Below are positions 36,748-46,451 of a stretch of DNA of 64,000 bases, one piece after another (the first letter of the stretch is position 1; every line of letters begins with the position of its first letter). Both the position numbers and the translations under genes were made by a program. The DNA is from Candidatus Rokuibacteriota bacterium (lineage in GTDB: Bacteria; Methylomirabilota; Methylomirabilia; Rokubacteriales; CSP1-6), in contig VGLJ01000006.1 in the NCBI GenBank assembly GCA_016866775.1, positions 50,315 to 114,314 of the forward strand, read 5' to 3'. Below the pieces are notes generated by a model. It was not told the origin of the DNA and did no database searches. It was given only the letters and a program-made list of their open reading frames with translations.

Positions 36748-36912
36748 TCAGTCTCCGAGGCCGGGGCCGAGCCCGCCCCAGTACAGGACGAGGTACGCCG
36801 CCGACCAGATCACGAGGACGACGTAGACGACGATCAGCCAGCGGTTGACGCGGCCGTGGCGCGAGCTGATCTCGCCCTGCGCGTACTCCTGGAGGTCGTC
36901 GTCCCTACTCAT
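36748..36912 (-). CDS. Small cbb3-associated membrane protein (CcoP N-terminus-like)
   Basis: MSRDDDLQEYAQGEI...NRWLIVVYVVLVIWSAAYL, overlapping the ccoS stop. Confidence 0.65.
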   Translation of the reverse strand: MSRDDDLQEYAQGEISSRHGRVNRWLIVVYVVLVIWSAAYLVLYWGGLGPGLGD

Positions 36913-37097
36913 GAAGATGGGGGCCCCACTTCCGAGGACCCCCAACCCCCCTCGCCTTCCACGCGCAGCACGTCGTGCTTGACGTCCTCGACATGCCGAA
37001 ACGCGCCGGTCGCCACGCCCCAGACGAACGCGCACAGCGCGGCGACGGCCATCAGCGACGCGACGACGAACTCGCCGAGCGTGAGGTACTCGAGCAT
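36909..37097 (-). CDS. ccoS: cbb3 assembly protein CcoS-like
   Basis: TM helix followed by FVWGVATGAFRHVE. Confidence 0.75.
   Translation of the reverse strand: MLEYLTLGEFVVASLMAVAALCAFVWGVATGAFRHVEDVKHDVLRVEGEGGWGSSEVGPPSS
36917..36950 (+). repeat. Dispersed palindromic repeat, copy B (inside the ccoS 3' end)
   Basis: ATGGGGGCCC...GGACCCCCAACCCCC. Confidence 0.65.
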
Positions 37098-38725
37098 CAG
37101 TCGGCGATCCCCGGGTAGTACGGCCGCCGCGTGCCGGCGACGGCGGCGTCGCCGCTCGCGCTCCACGCGCGGCGCGGATGATCGGCGGCGACGGCGGCGG
37201 AGTTGAGCGCGTCGCGCGCCGCGCGCGGCAACGGGAGCTTTTCTCCGGTCAGCGGATCCGCCCAGGCGGAGAGCGACAGCACGAAGTAGGAGATCGCCCA
37301 GCGCTCGTCGTCGGTCATGGTGTCGGCGAACGACGGCATCGGCGTGCCGTCGAGACCGTTCGTCATCGTGCGGAACACGTCCACCACGTGCGCGCCGCCC
37401 TTGAGCTGGCCGCGCGTGAAGTCGGTCGGGCGGATCGGGCGGTCGAGGTCGTCCTTCAGCTGCGTGGCGGACGGGCCGTCACCGCGGCCGCGCTCGCCGT
37501 GGCACTCCCAGCACTTCGCGCTGACGTAGAGCTCTCGGCCGCGCGCGACGAGGTCGGGGCGGGCGGTCGGCGCGCTCGTCACCAGCGCGGGCTCGAGCTT
37601 CTCCTCTTTCCAGCGCTTCGAGAACGTCTTGATGAACGCGACGACCGCGAGCCGGTCTTTCTCGGGCAGCTCATGCCACGTGGGCATCGCGGTCCAGCGC
37701 ACGCCGCGCGTGACGGTGCGGTAGAGGTCGCCGTCGGTCGGCAGCGTGCCCGACGGCGTGCTGCGGAACTTGAAGACCGCGGCGGTGAAGTCGCGCGGCC
37801 GCGGCGAGAGGAACGTCGCCGCCGCGCCGTTGCCGTCGCCGGCAGCGCCGTGGCAGCCGATGCAGCGCTGCGTGTAGACGGCGCGGCCGCGGTCGACGAG
37901 GTCGCCGCGGTCGGGCACGGTCATCGCGCTGATTGCGACCGTCTGCGGTTCGAAGACGTCACGCCACGCGCCGCGGTTCGTGCCCAGCTTCTGCAGGTAG
38001 CGCACGAGGTCCACGAGGTCGGCGGTCGGCGTCACGAGACGCAGCGTCGCCGGCGGCGTCTTGAGATGGCTCGCGTCGATGGTCGGCGCGCCGTCGATGG
38101 GCAGCGCGCCCGTCGGCGCCGGCGGCACGAACGTGAGCCCCGACGCGTCCGGCACGAGCAGGATCGGACGGTCGGCGCGGAACGTGAACCAGCGCCGCAG
38201 CTCCGCGGTCGCCTCGACGCGCACGCCGTCGCCCTCGCGGCGCGCGTCCGCCGTCGTCTGGCGGAAGAGCCACTGGAAGCGCGGCATGATCGAGTCGGGG
38301 ACGACGAGGGTGGGATCCCAGTGATGCGCGTAGTGCCAGTCGTCCGAGAATTTCAGCCCGATGCGGGTGAGATCCGGGCCGATCCGCCGGGTCGAGAAGA
38401 GGTGCGGGAGATCGTAGGCGTACTCACCGGCTTCCGATACCGGTCCCCAGCGCAAGTCTTCCTTCGTCACCGGCCGCACGTACTGGCTGTGGCAATACCA
38501 GCAGCCTTCGCGGATGTACACGCGCCGGCCGCGCGCCTGCGCGCCCGTGTAGTCGACGGCGTCGGTGCGGACCCACTTCACGTCGCCGAGCTCCGTGCGG
38601 ACCGCGCGGGTCACGCGTGTGGAGCGCGACTCGGGGATCAGCGCCGGGAGCACGCCCTGCACGATCATGGCGAGCGTCACGCACGCGAACCCCGCGCCGA
38701 CGGCCAGCGACGCGATCGACCTCAC
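37097..38725 (-). CDS. ccoO: cbb3 oxidase subunit II fused to two additional cytochrome c domains
   Basis: YIREGCWYCHSQYVRP, RRIGPDL and SIMP, plus CIGCH and CWECH. Confidence 0.9.
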   Translation of the reverse strand: MRSIASLAVGAGFACVTLAMIVQGVLPALIPESRSTRVTRAVRTELGDVKWVRTDAVDYTGAQARGRRVYIREGCWYCHSQYVRPVTKEDLRWGPVSEAGEYAYDLPHLFSTRRIGPDLTRIGLKFSDDWHYAHHWDPTLVVPDSIMPRFQWLFRQTTADARREGDGVRVEATAELRRWFTFRADRPILLVPDASGLTFVPPAPTGALPIDGAPTIDASHLKTPPATLRLVTPTADLVDLVRYLQKLGTNRGAWRDVFEPQTVAISAMTVPDRGDLVDRGRAVYTQRCIGCHGAAGDGNGAAATFLSPRPRDFTAAVFKFRSTPSGTLPTDGDLYRTVTRGVRWTAMPTWHELPEKDRLAVVAFIKTFSKRWKEEKLEPALVTSAPTARPDLVARGRELYVSAKCWECHGERGRGDGPSATQLKDDLDRPIRPTDFTRGQLKGGAHVVDVFRTMTNGLDGTPMPSFADTMTDDERWAISYFVLSLSAWADPLTGEKLPLPRAARDALNSAAVAADHPRRAWSASGDAAVAGTRRPYYPGIAD

Positions 38726-40080
38726 GCCGGCCTCGCGAGCGAGCCGCGCACGAGTGTCAGGATCACCAGCGAGATCCCGAGGTCCATCACGATGCCCGTC
38801 ACCGTGCGCACCCACCAGAACGGGCGCATCGCGTTGACGGAATCCATCCAGTCCGCCTGCGCGATCAGCATGAAGCCCTGCTGCAGGCCCTGCGCCGTGA
38901 GGACGAGGACCATCGCGACGATGCCGGTGGTGATGAGCCAGAAGCCCGCGTTGGCGACGCGGAAGCTCGACGGCGACGAGCGCGTGACGCGCGGCCAGAC
39001 GTAGACGACGCCCGCGATCGCCCACATCACGAACGTGCCGAAGACGGTGATGTGCGCGTGGCCGACGACGAAGTCGGTGAAGTGCGTCGGCTGCTGGAGC
39101 GCGCGCAGCGCCTCGACCGAGCCCTGGAAGCAGCCGATCAGGTAGAGGACCGACCCGACGATGAGGAACTTCGCCGGCAGGTTGGTGCCGAGCTCGCGCC
39201 AGCGCCCGGTCATCGTGCCGAAGAAGTTCTGCAGCACGGTCCACACGGGGACGATCAGCATCATCGAGGAGACGATGGCGATCGTCTCCGCCCAGTCGGC
39301 GATCGGCGAGTACAGATAGTGGTGGATGCCGACGAACGGATAGAAGAACGCGAGCGACCAGAAGCCGATCAGCGACAGCCGGTGGCTGTAGATCGGCGCG
39401 CGGACGCTGGCGGGCAGGAAGAAGTAGATGAGCACGTAGCCGGCGGGCGTGATCCAGAGGCCGACGATGTAGTGGAGGAAGAGCCCGTGCCACGCGGCGT
39501 TGTTGATGCCGGCGAGGTGCGTCGGGCCGAGCATCAGCAGCAGCAGGTTCGCGTCGGTCCACACGAGCGCGGCGATCAGGTACCAGAGCGAGACGTAGAG
39601 CGGCGGCGTGACGCGCCGGTGGATGGTGACGAGGCACTGCGCGGTGAGCACGAGCAGCGCGAGGAACAGCACGATCACGTTCACCAGCGGCAGCTCGCCG
39701 ACTTCCCAGCCGCGGTTCCAGCCGAGGCCGATCAGCACGACGAACACGACGAGGTTCGCGTTCCAGACCCACAGGAGCGGGCGGCTCCACCTGGCGCCGG
39801 CGAGCGGCACGCCCGCGAGGCGCGGCACCACGTAGTGGACGAGCCCGATGAAGATGGTCGAGAACGCGCCCCAGATGACGCCGTTGACGTGGATCGGCCT
39901 GAGCCGTCCGAACGTGAGCCACGAAATGTCGCCGAGGAACCCGGGATGGTTGAACTTCGTCGAGACGAGCGCGCCGATGGTCGGGAAGACCAGCAGCCAC
40001 ACGAGCCCCGCGGCGAGCCAGGCGCGGACGGTGTCGGGGTCGATCAGCGCGTCGTTGCGGACAACCGGGTCGGAGGTCAC
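38722..40080 (-). CDS. ccoN: cbb3-type cytochrome c oxidase subunit I
   Basis: FGRLRPIHVN, FLHYIVG, FFYPFVGIHH and VGHAH heme/Cu ligands. Confidence 0.9.
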   Translation of the reverse strand: MTSDPVVRNDALIDPDTVRAWLAAGLVWLLVFPTIGALVSTKFNHPGFLGDISWLTFGRLRPIHVNGVIWGAFSTIFIGLVHYVVPRLAGVPLAGARWSRPLLWVWNANLVVFVVLIGLGWNRGWEVGELPLVNVIVLFLALLVLTAQCLVTIHRRVTPPLYVSLWYLIAALVWTDANLLLLMLGPTHLAGINNAAWHGLFLHYIVGLWITPAGYVLIYFFLPASVRAPIYSHRLSLIGFWSLAFFYPFVGIHHYLYSPIADWAETIAIVSSMMLIVPVWTVLQNFFGTMTGRWRELGTNLPAKFLIVGSVLYLIGCFQGSVEALRALQQPTHFTDFVVGHAHITVFGTFVMWAIAGVVYVWPRVTRSSPSSFRVANAGFWLITTGIVAMVLVLTAQGLQQGFMLIAQADWMDSVNAMRPFWWVRTVTGIVMDLGISLVILTLVRGSLARPA

Positions 40081-40131
40081 AGCCGTCCTATCGTGCGCCA
40101 GTGGTCAAGCCTCCGGCGCTAGACTCAGGGC

Positions 40132-40596
40132 ATGCGCACCCGTCACGTCGTGCTCCATCTGGCCGTCGTGCTCGCCCTGGCGATTCCGTCATTCGCCGTT
40201 GCCCAGGGGCCGTCGACGTGCGCGCCGACCGCGCCGGACATGCTCGGCCCGTTCTACAAGGCCGGCGCGCCCGAGCGCAGCAAGACCGGAGACGGACTCA
40301 CCGTGAAGGGCGCCGTCCGGTCGGCGCGCGGGTGCGCCGCCTTGCCGCGGGCGAAGCTCGAGTGGTGGGCGGCCAATCCCGGCGGCGAGTACGACGACGC
40401 GCACCGCGCGACGCAGGTCACGGACGGGCAGGGCGGCTTCGTCTACGTGACCGACGTGCCCGGCAGATACCCCGGCCGCCCCGTGCATCTGCACGTGAAG
40501 GTCACCGCGCCGGGCCATAAGTCACTTGTGACGCAGGTCTATCCAAAACCCGGCCAAAATTCGGTCCTGTTCGACTTCGTCCTCCAGCCCGAATAA
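40132..40596 (+). CDS. Secreted intradiol dioxygenase-like protein
   Basis: Signal peptide, GPFY, GEYD, PGRYPGRPVHLHVKV and TQVY. Confidence 0.85.
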   Translation: MRTRHVVLHLAVVLALAIPSFAVAQGPSTCAPTAPDMLGPFYKAGAPERSKTGDGLTVKGAVRSARGCAALPRAKLEWWAANPGGEYDDAHRATQVTDGQGGFVYVTDVPGRYPGRPVHLHVKVTAPGHKSLVTQVYPKPGQNSVLFDFVLQPE

Positions 40597-40781
40597 CCCC
40601 GACCCACCGGATTGCACCGCCCACGATGAAGCCGCTTCGCGGGTGGTTTGGCCACCTCGATGGCTTTTGATCGTCGGATGAGCGGCCTCGGGTCGTGGGA
40701 CTTCACTGGGCGACTTCGGGCGGTGGGGGTATCGGGGGGAGCGTCTTGACGCTCCCCCCGATGTCAATCAATCGCGCGCGT

Positions 40782-41627
40782 CTAGATCCTCATCTCGCGC
40801 AGTCGCGCGATCCGATCCTCGAGCGGCGGGTGCGTGCTGAACAAGCTCGCGAAGCTCCGTCCGCTCAAGGGATTCACGATGAACAGGTGCGCCGTCGCCG
40901 GGTTCGCCTGCATCGGCACGACCTGCTGCGCCATGTGCAGCTTCTCGAGCGCCTTGGCGAGGCCCCACGTCTTGCCCGCGAGGCGTGCGCCCGTCGCGTC
41001 CGCCTGGTACTCGCGCGCGCGCGACACGGCCATCTGGACGAGCATCGCGGCGATCGGCGCGAGGATCGCCATGACGATGGCGGCGACCGGATTGGTGCCC
41101 TCCTCGTCGTCGTGGCCGCGGCCGCCGAACATCGCCGCCCATTGCGCCATGTGCGCGAGGTAGGTGATGGCGCCGGCCAGCGTCGCGGCGATCGTCGAGA
41201 TCAGCACGTCGCGGTTCTTCACGTGGGCGAGCTCGTGCGCCAGCACGCCCTCGAGCTCCTCCTCGTCGAGGATCCGCATGATGCCTTCGGTGACGGCGAT
41301 GACCGCGTGCTCGGGGTTGCGCCCGGTCGCGAACGCGTTCGGCGTGTCGGTCGGGATCAGGTAGACGCGCGGCATCGGGATCTGGGCGCGCGTCACGAGG
41401 CGCCGGACCATGCTGTAGAGCTGCGGCGCCGATGCCTCGTCGACCGGCTGCGCCTGGTACATGGCCAGGACGATCCGGTCCGAGAACCAGTAGCTGAAGA
41501 AGTTCATCACGATCGCGAAGAAGAACGCGACGACCATGCCCTGCTGCCCGCCGATCGCGCCGCCGATGAGGACCAGCATGGCGGTGAGGACGGCGAGGAG
41601 CAGACCGGTCTTGAAGATGTTCGACAT
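40782..41627 (-). CDS. htpX: Zinc metalloprotease HtpX
   Basis: PNAFATG, HELAH, SRAREY and STHP. Confidence 0.95.
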   Translation of the reverse strand: MSNIFKTGLLLAVLTAMLVLIGGAIGGQQGMVVAFFFAIVMNFFSYWFSDRIVLAMYQAQPVDEASAPQLYSMVRRLVTRAQIPMPRVYLIPTDTPNAFATGRNPEHAVIAVTEGIMRILDEEELEGVLAHELAHVKNRDVLISTIAATLAGAITYLAHMAQWAAMFGGRGHDDEEGTNPVAAIVMAILAPIAAMLVQMAVSRAREYQADATGARLAGKTWGLAKALEKLHMAQQVVPMQANPATAHLFIVNPLSGRSFASLFSTHPPLEDRIARLREMRI

Positions 41628-41706
41628 GAGTGGTGACCCCCTCATTGAGACGCGTGACGGCGGTCGAACGTCACACTAGCAGAGCGGTTTTCGGGGGTCA
41701 AATGCC

Positions 41707-41735
41707 TTGACTTGCCCGGACCCCGTCGATATACT
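41707..41735 (+). promoter_or_regulatory. Sigma70 promoter of the yceD-rpmF-fab operon
   Basis: TTGACT-17 nt-TATACT. Confidence 0.8.
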
Positions 41736-41781
41736 GGCCCGGTTCAAAGCGGATTTTGCTTTTGTTTGTACGAAGTTACAC

Positions 41782-42288
41782 ATGATCATCCGAGTCTCCG
41801 AGCTTCCCGACGAGGGCCTTTCGATCGACGAGACCGCATACGCGGCATCGCCGTACGCCGACTCCGCCTGGCGCCTCGACCGGCTGCAGCTCCAGGTCAC
41901 CAGAGACGGCGACGAGGTCGACGTCATCGGCCAGATCCGGGGCACCGTTCCGCAGACGTGCGGGCGGTGCACGGAGAGCTTCACGAGCCCCGTGACGGCG
42001 GACGTTTCCCTCCGGTTCGCGCCGAAGCCGGCACGCGTGGACAACGCGGAGCTGGGGCGGGACGACCTCGACACCGACTTCTACGTCGACGATCAGATCG
42101 ATCTCGATCGCCTGATCGAGACCGAAACCACGCTCGCGCTGCCGATGAAGCCGCTCTGCGACCCCGGCTGTCGTGGTATTTGCCTGGTGTGCGGCGCGAA
42201 CCGGAACGTGACCGCGTGCCCCTGCCCCGAGCGCGCGCCGGACTCGCGCCTGGCCGTCTTGAAGACCCTCACCGAACGGAAATCGTAA
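41782..42288 (+). CDS. yceD: DUF177/YceD protein
   Basis: CGRC, LPMKPLC...CRGICLVCG, located upstream of rpmF. Confidence 0.9.
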   Translation: MIIRVSELPDEGLSIDETAYAASPYADSAWRLDRLQLQVTRDGDEVDVIGQIRGTVPQTCGRCTESFTSPVTADVSLRFAPKPARVDNAELGRDDLDTDFYVDDQIDLDRLIETETTLALPMKPLCDPGCRGICLVCGANRNVTACPCPERAPDSRLAVLKTLTERKS

Positions 42289-42297
42289 GGAGACTCC

Positions 42298-42480
42298 ATG
42301 CCGCTGCCGAAGAGACGCCATTCGAAGACGCGCGGGCGCAAGCGCCGCACGCATTACAAGCTGGCCGCTCCCACGCGGTCCGTGTGCCCGCAATGCCGCG
42401 AGGCGAAGCTGCCTCACCGGATCTGCCCGCACTGCGGGTACTACAAGGGCCGGGAGATCGTCGCGGTCGAAGGCGCGTAG
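42298..42480 (+). CDS. rpmF: 50S ribosomal protein L32
   Basis: PKRRHSK...CPQC...HRICPHCGYY. Confidence 0.97.
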   Translation: MPLPKRRHSKTRGRKRRTHYKLAAPTRSVCPQCREAKLPHRICPHCGYYKGREIVAVEGA

Positions 42481-43503
42481 GTGAAGATCGCCGTTGATGC
42501 CATGGGAGGGGACCACGGTCCCGCCGTGGTCGTCGAAGGGGCGGCCGCCGCGGTCCGCGAGTTCGGCGCCTCCGTCGTGCTCGTGGGCGACAAGGCGGCG
42601 ATCGAGCACGAGCTGAGCCGCCTCGGCAACCCCGCCGGTGTCGAGGTCCGGCACGCCTCGCAGGTCGTCGGCATGGGCGAGAGCCCGTCCCAGGCGCTAC
42701 GCCGCAAGCGAGACTCCTCGCTGCGGATCGCCGCGGAGCTCGTGCGCGACGGCGAGGCCAGCGCGTTCATCTCGGCCGGCAACACCGGCGCCGCGATGGC
42801 CGTCGCGATGTTCGTCGTCGGCGTGCTGCGTGGCGTCGATCGGCCCGCCATCGCGGCGGTCCTGCCGAACCTCAAAGGCTTCTCCGTCCTGCTGGACGTC
42901 GGCGCCAACGTCGAGCCGAAGCCGTGGCACCTGTTCCAGTTCGCGGTCATGGGCCACGTCTACGCGCGCGACATCCTCGGCATCGACCGGCCGCGCGTGG
43001 GGCTCCTCTCCGTGGGCGAGGAAGAGGGCAAGGGCAACGAGCTCACGAAGGAAGCGTACGAGCAGCTCAAGGACTCGTCGCTGAACTTCCTCGGGAACGT
43101 CGAGGGCCGCGACCTCTACAACGGGCATTGCGACGTGATCGTCGCCGACGGCTTCACCGGCAACGTCGCGCTGAAGATCTCCGAGAGCCTCGCGGAGATG
43201 TTCGGCGCGATGATTCGCGAGGAGCTGATGCGGAACGTCCGCTCGAAGCTCGCCGCCGCGCTCGCGAAGCCCGCGTTCGATCGCGTCAAGAAGCGCCTCG
43301 ACTACACGGAGCTGGGCGGGGCGCCCCTGCTCGGCATCGACGGCGGGGCGATCATCTGCCACGGCGCGTCGCCGGTGAAGGCGATCAAGAACGCGGTCCG
43401 CCTGGCCGGAGAGTGGGCGAAGGCGGGGCTCAACGACCACATCAAGACGGCGCTCGAAAACGAGATCGCACGCGGGAACCTGGACGAAGGGAGCCGCGGA
43501 TGA
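42481..43503 (+). CDS. plsX: Phosphate acyltransferase
   Basis: IAVDAMGGD, SAGNTGA and DGFTGNVALK. Confidence 0.97.
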   Translation: MKIAVDAMGGDHGPAVVVEGAAAAVREFGASVVLVGDKAAIEHELSRLGNPAGVEVRHASQVVGMGESPSQALRRKRDSSLRIAAELVRDGEASAFISAGNTGAAMAVAMFVVGVLRGVDRPAIAAVLPNLKGFSVLLDVGANVEPKPWHLFQFAVMGHVYARDILGIDRPRVGLLSVGEEEGKGNELTKEAYEQLKDSSLNFLGNVEGRDLYNGHCDVIVADGFTGNVALKISESLAEMFGAMIREELMRNVRSKLAAALAKPAFDRVKKRLDYTELGGAPLLGIDGGAIICHGASPVKAIKNAVRLAGEWAKAGLNDHIKTALENEIARGNLDEGSRG

Positions 43504-44480
43504 AGCGGGCGAAGATCATCGGCACCGGCGCCTACGCGCCGAAGCGGATCCTCACCAACGCCGACCTCGAGAAGATGGTCGAGACCAACGACGCGTGGAT
43601 CCAGCAGCGGAGCGGCATCCGCGAGCGTCACATCGTCGACGAGAGCGAGGCCACGTCCGACCTCGCGCTGAACGCCGCGCGCCAGGCGCTCGAGCGCGCG
43701 AACCTCGTGCCCGAGGACATCGACTTCATCGTGGTCGGCACCACGACGCCGGACATGTTCTTCCCGAGCGTCGGCAACATCGTCCAGCATCGGCTCGGCT
43801 GCCGCCGCGTGGGCTCCGTCGACCTCCTCGCCGCCTGCGCCGGATCGATCTACAGCCTGAACATCGGCGCTAAGTTCATCGAGACCGGCAAGTACAAACG
43901 GGTGCTCTGCATCGGCGCCGAGGCGCTGTCGCGCATCACCGACTTCACCGACCGCGGCACCTGCGTGCTGCTCGCCGACGCGGCCGGCGCCGCGGTGCTC
44001 GAGGCGTCGGAGGACGGCAGCGGCATCATCGACGCCGACCTCTACTCCGACGGACAGTACGCGGACCTGCTGATCATGCCGGGCGGCGGCGCGCGCCATC
44101 CCGCCACGCGCGAGACGGTCGACGCGCGCATGCACTACGCGAAGATGAAGGGCAGCGAGGTCTTCAAGGTCGCCGTGCGCATGTTCGTCGACTGTGTCGA
44201 GACCATCCTCGCGCGCCACGGGCTCGGTCCCGACGACATCGACCTCTTCATCCCGCACCAGGCGAACCTCCGCATCATCGAGGCCGCGGCCAAGCGTGTC
44301 GGCCTGCCGATGGCGAAGGTGTTCGTCAACGTCGACCGCTACGGCAACACCGGCGCGGCGTCGGTTTACGTCGCGCTGGAGGAAGCGCTCGCGGCGGGGC
44401 GCGTGAAGAAGGGCGACACGATTCTGATGGCGGCGTTCGGCGGCGGCTTCGCGTGGGGCGCCGCGCTGATGCAGTGGTGA
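43500..44480 (+). CDS. fabH: 3-oxoacyl-ACP synthase III
   Basis: AACAG, PHQAN and GNT. Confidence 0.96.
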   Translation: MKRAKIIGTGAYAPKRILTNADLEKMVETNDAWIQQRSGIRERHIVDESEATSDLALNAARQALERANLVPEDIDFIVVGTTTPDMFFPSVGNIVQHRLGCRRVGSVDLLAACAGSIYSLNIGAKFIETGKYKRVLCIGAEALSRITDFTDRGTCVLLADAAGAAVLEASEDGSGIIDADLYSDGQYADLLIMPGGGARHPATRETVDARMHYAKMKGSEVFKVAVRMFVDCVETILARHGLGPDDIDLFIPHQANLRIIEAAAKRVGLPMAKVFVNVDRYGNTGAASVYVALEEALAAGRVKKGDTILMAAFGGGFAWGAALMQW

Positions 44481-45403
44481 GACCCGCGTTTCTCTTTCCC
44501 GGCCAGGGCTCGCAGGCGGTCGGGATGGGCAAGAGCTTCTACGAAGCCTCGGACGCCGCGAAGGCGGTCTTCGAGGAAGCGAACACCGCGCTCGGCTTCG
44601 ATCTGAGGAAGGTCGCGTTCGAAGGACCGGAGAGCGAGCTCGCGCTCACCGCGAACACCCAGCCCGCCGTGCTCACCGCCAGCGTCGCCGCCGCGCGTGC
44701 CTGCGCGGAGCGCGGTCTCACGCCGAGCTTCGCCGCCGGGCACAGCCTTGGCGAGTACGCCGCGCTCGTGGTCGCCGGCGCGCTCCGCTTCGCGGACGCC
44801 GTCCGCGTCGTGCGCAAGCGCGGAGAGTTCATGCAGCAGGCCGTGCCCGTCGGCACGGGCGCGATGGCCGCGATCATGGGCCTCGAGCTGGGCGCCGTCG
44901 AGACGATCTGCAAGGAGGCGGGGCAGGGCGAGGTCGTCGAGATCGCGAACATCAACTCCGCGGGGCAGATCGTGGTGGCCGGGCATCGCGGCGCCGTCGA
45001 GCGCGCGGTCGCGCTCGCGGGCAAGAAGAGCGTGATGCTTCCGGTGAGCGCGCCCTTCCATTCGTCGCTGATGGCGCCGGCCGCCGAGCGCCTCGCGGGC
45101 GAGCTCGCGGCCATCGCCGTCGGCGACCCCACGTTCCCCGTCGTGCGCAACGTCGACGCGGGCGTCACGCGCGCGGCCGACGAGGTGAAGCCGTTCCTGC
45201 TGCGCCAGGTCGCGAGCCCCGTGCGCTGGACCGACTGCGTGCAGCGCCTGCACGCCGAGGGCGCGACCGCGTTCGTGGAGGTGGGGCCGGGCCGCGTGCT
45301 CACCGGCCTGCTCCGCCGGATTCTCGACGGCGCGCGCGGCCACAGCATCGAGGACGTCGCGGGACTCGACAAGGCGCTCGCCGCGCTGGGAGCGAGCGCG
45401 TGA
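44477..45403 (+). CDS. fabD: Malonyl-CoA:ACP transacylase
   Basis: FPGQGSQ, GHSLGE and APFH. Confidence 0.96.
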   Translation: MRPAFLFPGQGSQAVGMGKSFYEASDAAKAVFEEANTALGFDLRKVAFEGPESELALTANTQPAVLTASVAAARACAERGLTPSFAAGHSLGEYAALVVAGALRFADAVRVVRKRGEFMQQAVPVGTGAMAAIMGLELGAVETICKEAGQGEVVEIANINSAGQIVVAGHRGAVERAVALAGKKSVMLPVSAPFHSSLMAPAAERLAGELAAIAVGDPTFPVVRNVDAGVTRAADEVKPFLLRQVASPVRWTDCVQRLHAEGATAFVEVGPGRVLTGLLRRILDGARGHSIEDVAGLDKALAALGASA

Positions 45404-46191
45404 GCGCGAATTCTTTGGAGATGGGGGCCACACAACTCAGGACCCCCCACCCCCCGCTCGAAGGCAAGGTGGCCGTCGTCACGGGAGGCAGCCGCGGCAT
45501 CGGCGCCGCCATCGCGGCGCTGCTGGCCGAGCGCGGAGCCGCCGTGGTAGTGTCGGCACGCGACGGCGACCGTCTCGCCGCGACCGTCAGGGATCTCGAA
45601 GCGACGGGCGCCGCGGTCGCCGGTGTCGCCGGTGACGTCAGCCGGCGCGACGACGCCGAGCGCGTGGTCGAGACCGCGCGCGAGCGCTTCGGACGCGTCG
45701 ATCTCCTCGTCAACAACGCGGGCATCACAAAGGACGGTCTGCTGCTCCGCATGAAGGACGAGGACTGGGACCGCGTGCTCGAGGTGAATCTGCGCGGCGC
45801 GTTCGTCATGACGCGCGCGGCGGCGAAGGTCATGGTTCGACAGAAGAGCGGGCGGATCGTCAACATGGCGTCGGCCGCCGGCGCGATGGGCAACGCCGGG
45901 CAGGCGAATTACTCCGCGTCCAAGGCCGGCCTCATCGGATTCACCAAAGCGACGGCGCGCGAGCTCAGCCACTGGGGCATCCTCGTCAACGCGGTCGCGC
46001 CGGGGCTCATCGAGACGGACATGGCGGCAGCCATTCCCGCGCAGGCCCGCGAGGCGCTGCTCGCGCAGGTGCCGCTCGGCCGTGTCGGAACCCCGCGCGA
46101 GGTGGCCGAGGTGGTAGGATTCCTCGCCGGTGAGGGCGCGACCTACATCACCGGACAGGTCTTTCACGTCAACGGCGGCTTGTACATCTGA
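45400..46191 (+). CDS. fabG: 3-oxoacyl-ACP reductase
   Basis: [16 protein letters not shown] and YSASK. Confidence 0.95.
   Translation: MSANSLEMGATQLRTPHPPLEGKVAVVTGGSRGIGAAIAALLAERGAAVVVSARDGDRLAATVRDLEATGAAVAGVAGDVSRRDDAERVVETARERFGRVDLLVNNAGITKDGLLLRMKDEDWDRVLEVNLRGAFVMTRAAAKVMVRQKSGRIVNMASAAGAMGNAGQANYSASKAGLIGFTKATARELSHWGILVNAVAPGLIETDMAAAIPAQAREALLAQVPLGRVGTPREVAEVVGFLAGEGATYITGQVFHVNGGLYI
45415..45455 (+). repeat. Dispersed palindromic repeat, copy C (in frame in the fabG N-terminus)
   Basis: TTGGAGATGGGGGCC...CTCAGGACCCCCCACCCCC encodes [13 protein letters not shown]. Confidence 0.7.
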
Positions 46192-46201
46192 GGGAGCGTT
46201 C

Positions 46202-46438
46202 ATGGGGAAGTCAGTCGAGGAGAAGGTGAAGGAGATCATCGTCGAGCAGCTCGGCGTCGAGGAGGACGACGTGACGCCGTCGGCGAAGTTCATCGAGGAC
46301 CTGGGGGCCGACTCGCTCGACACGGTCGAGCTCGTCATGGCGCTCGAGGAGCACTTCGACATCCAGATCCCCGACGAGGACGCCGAGAAGATCGTCACGG
46401 TGGGTGACGCCGTGCAGTACATCAAGGACAACTCGTAG
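46202..46438 (+). CDS. acpP: Acyl carrier protein
   Basis: [14 protein letters not shown]. Confidence 0.97.
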   Translation: MGKSVEEKVKEIIVEQLGVEEDDVTPSAKFIEDLGADSLDTVELVMALEEHFDIQIPDEDAEKIVTVGDAVQYIKDNS

Positions 46439-46451
46439 AGGGACCACGGTG

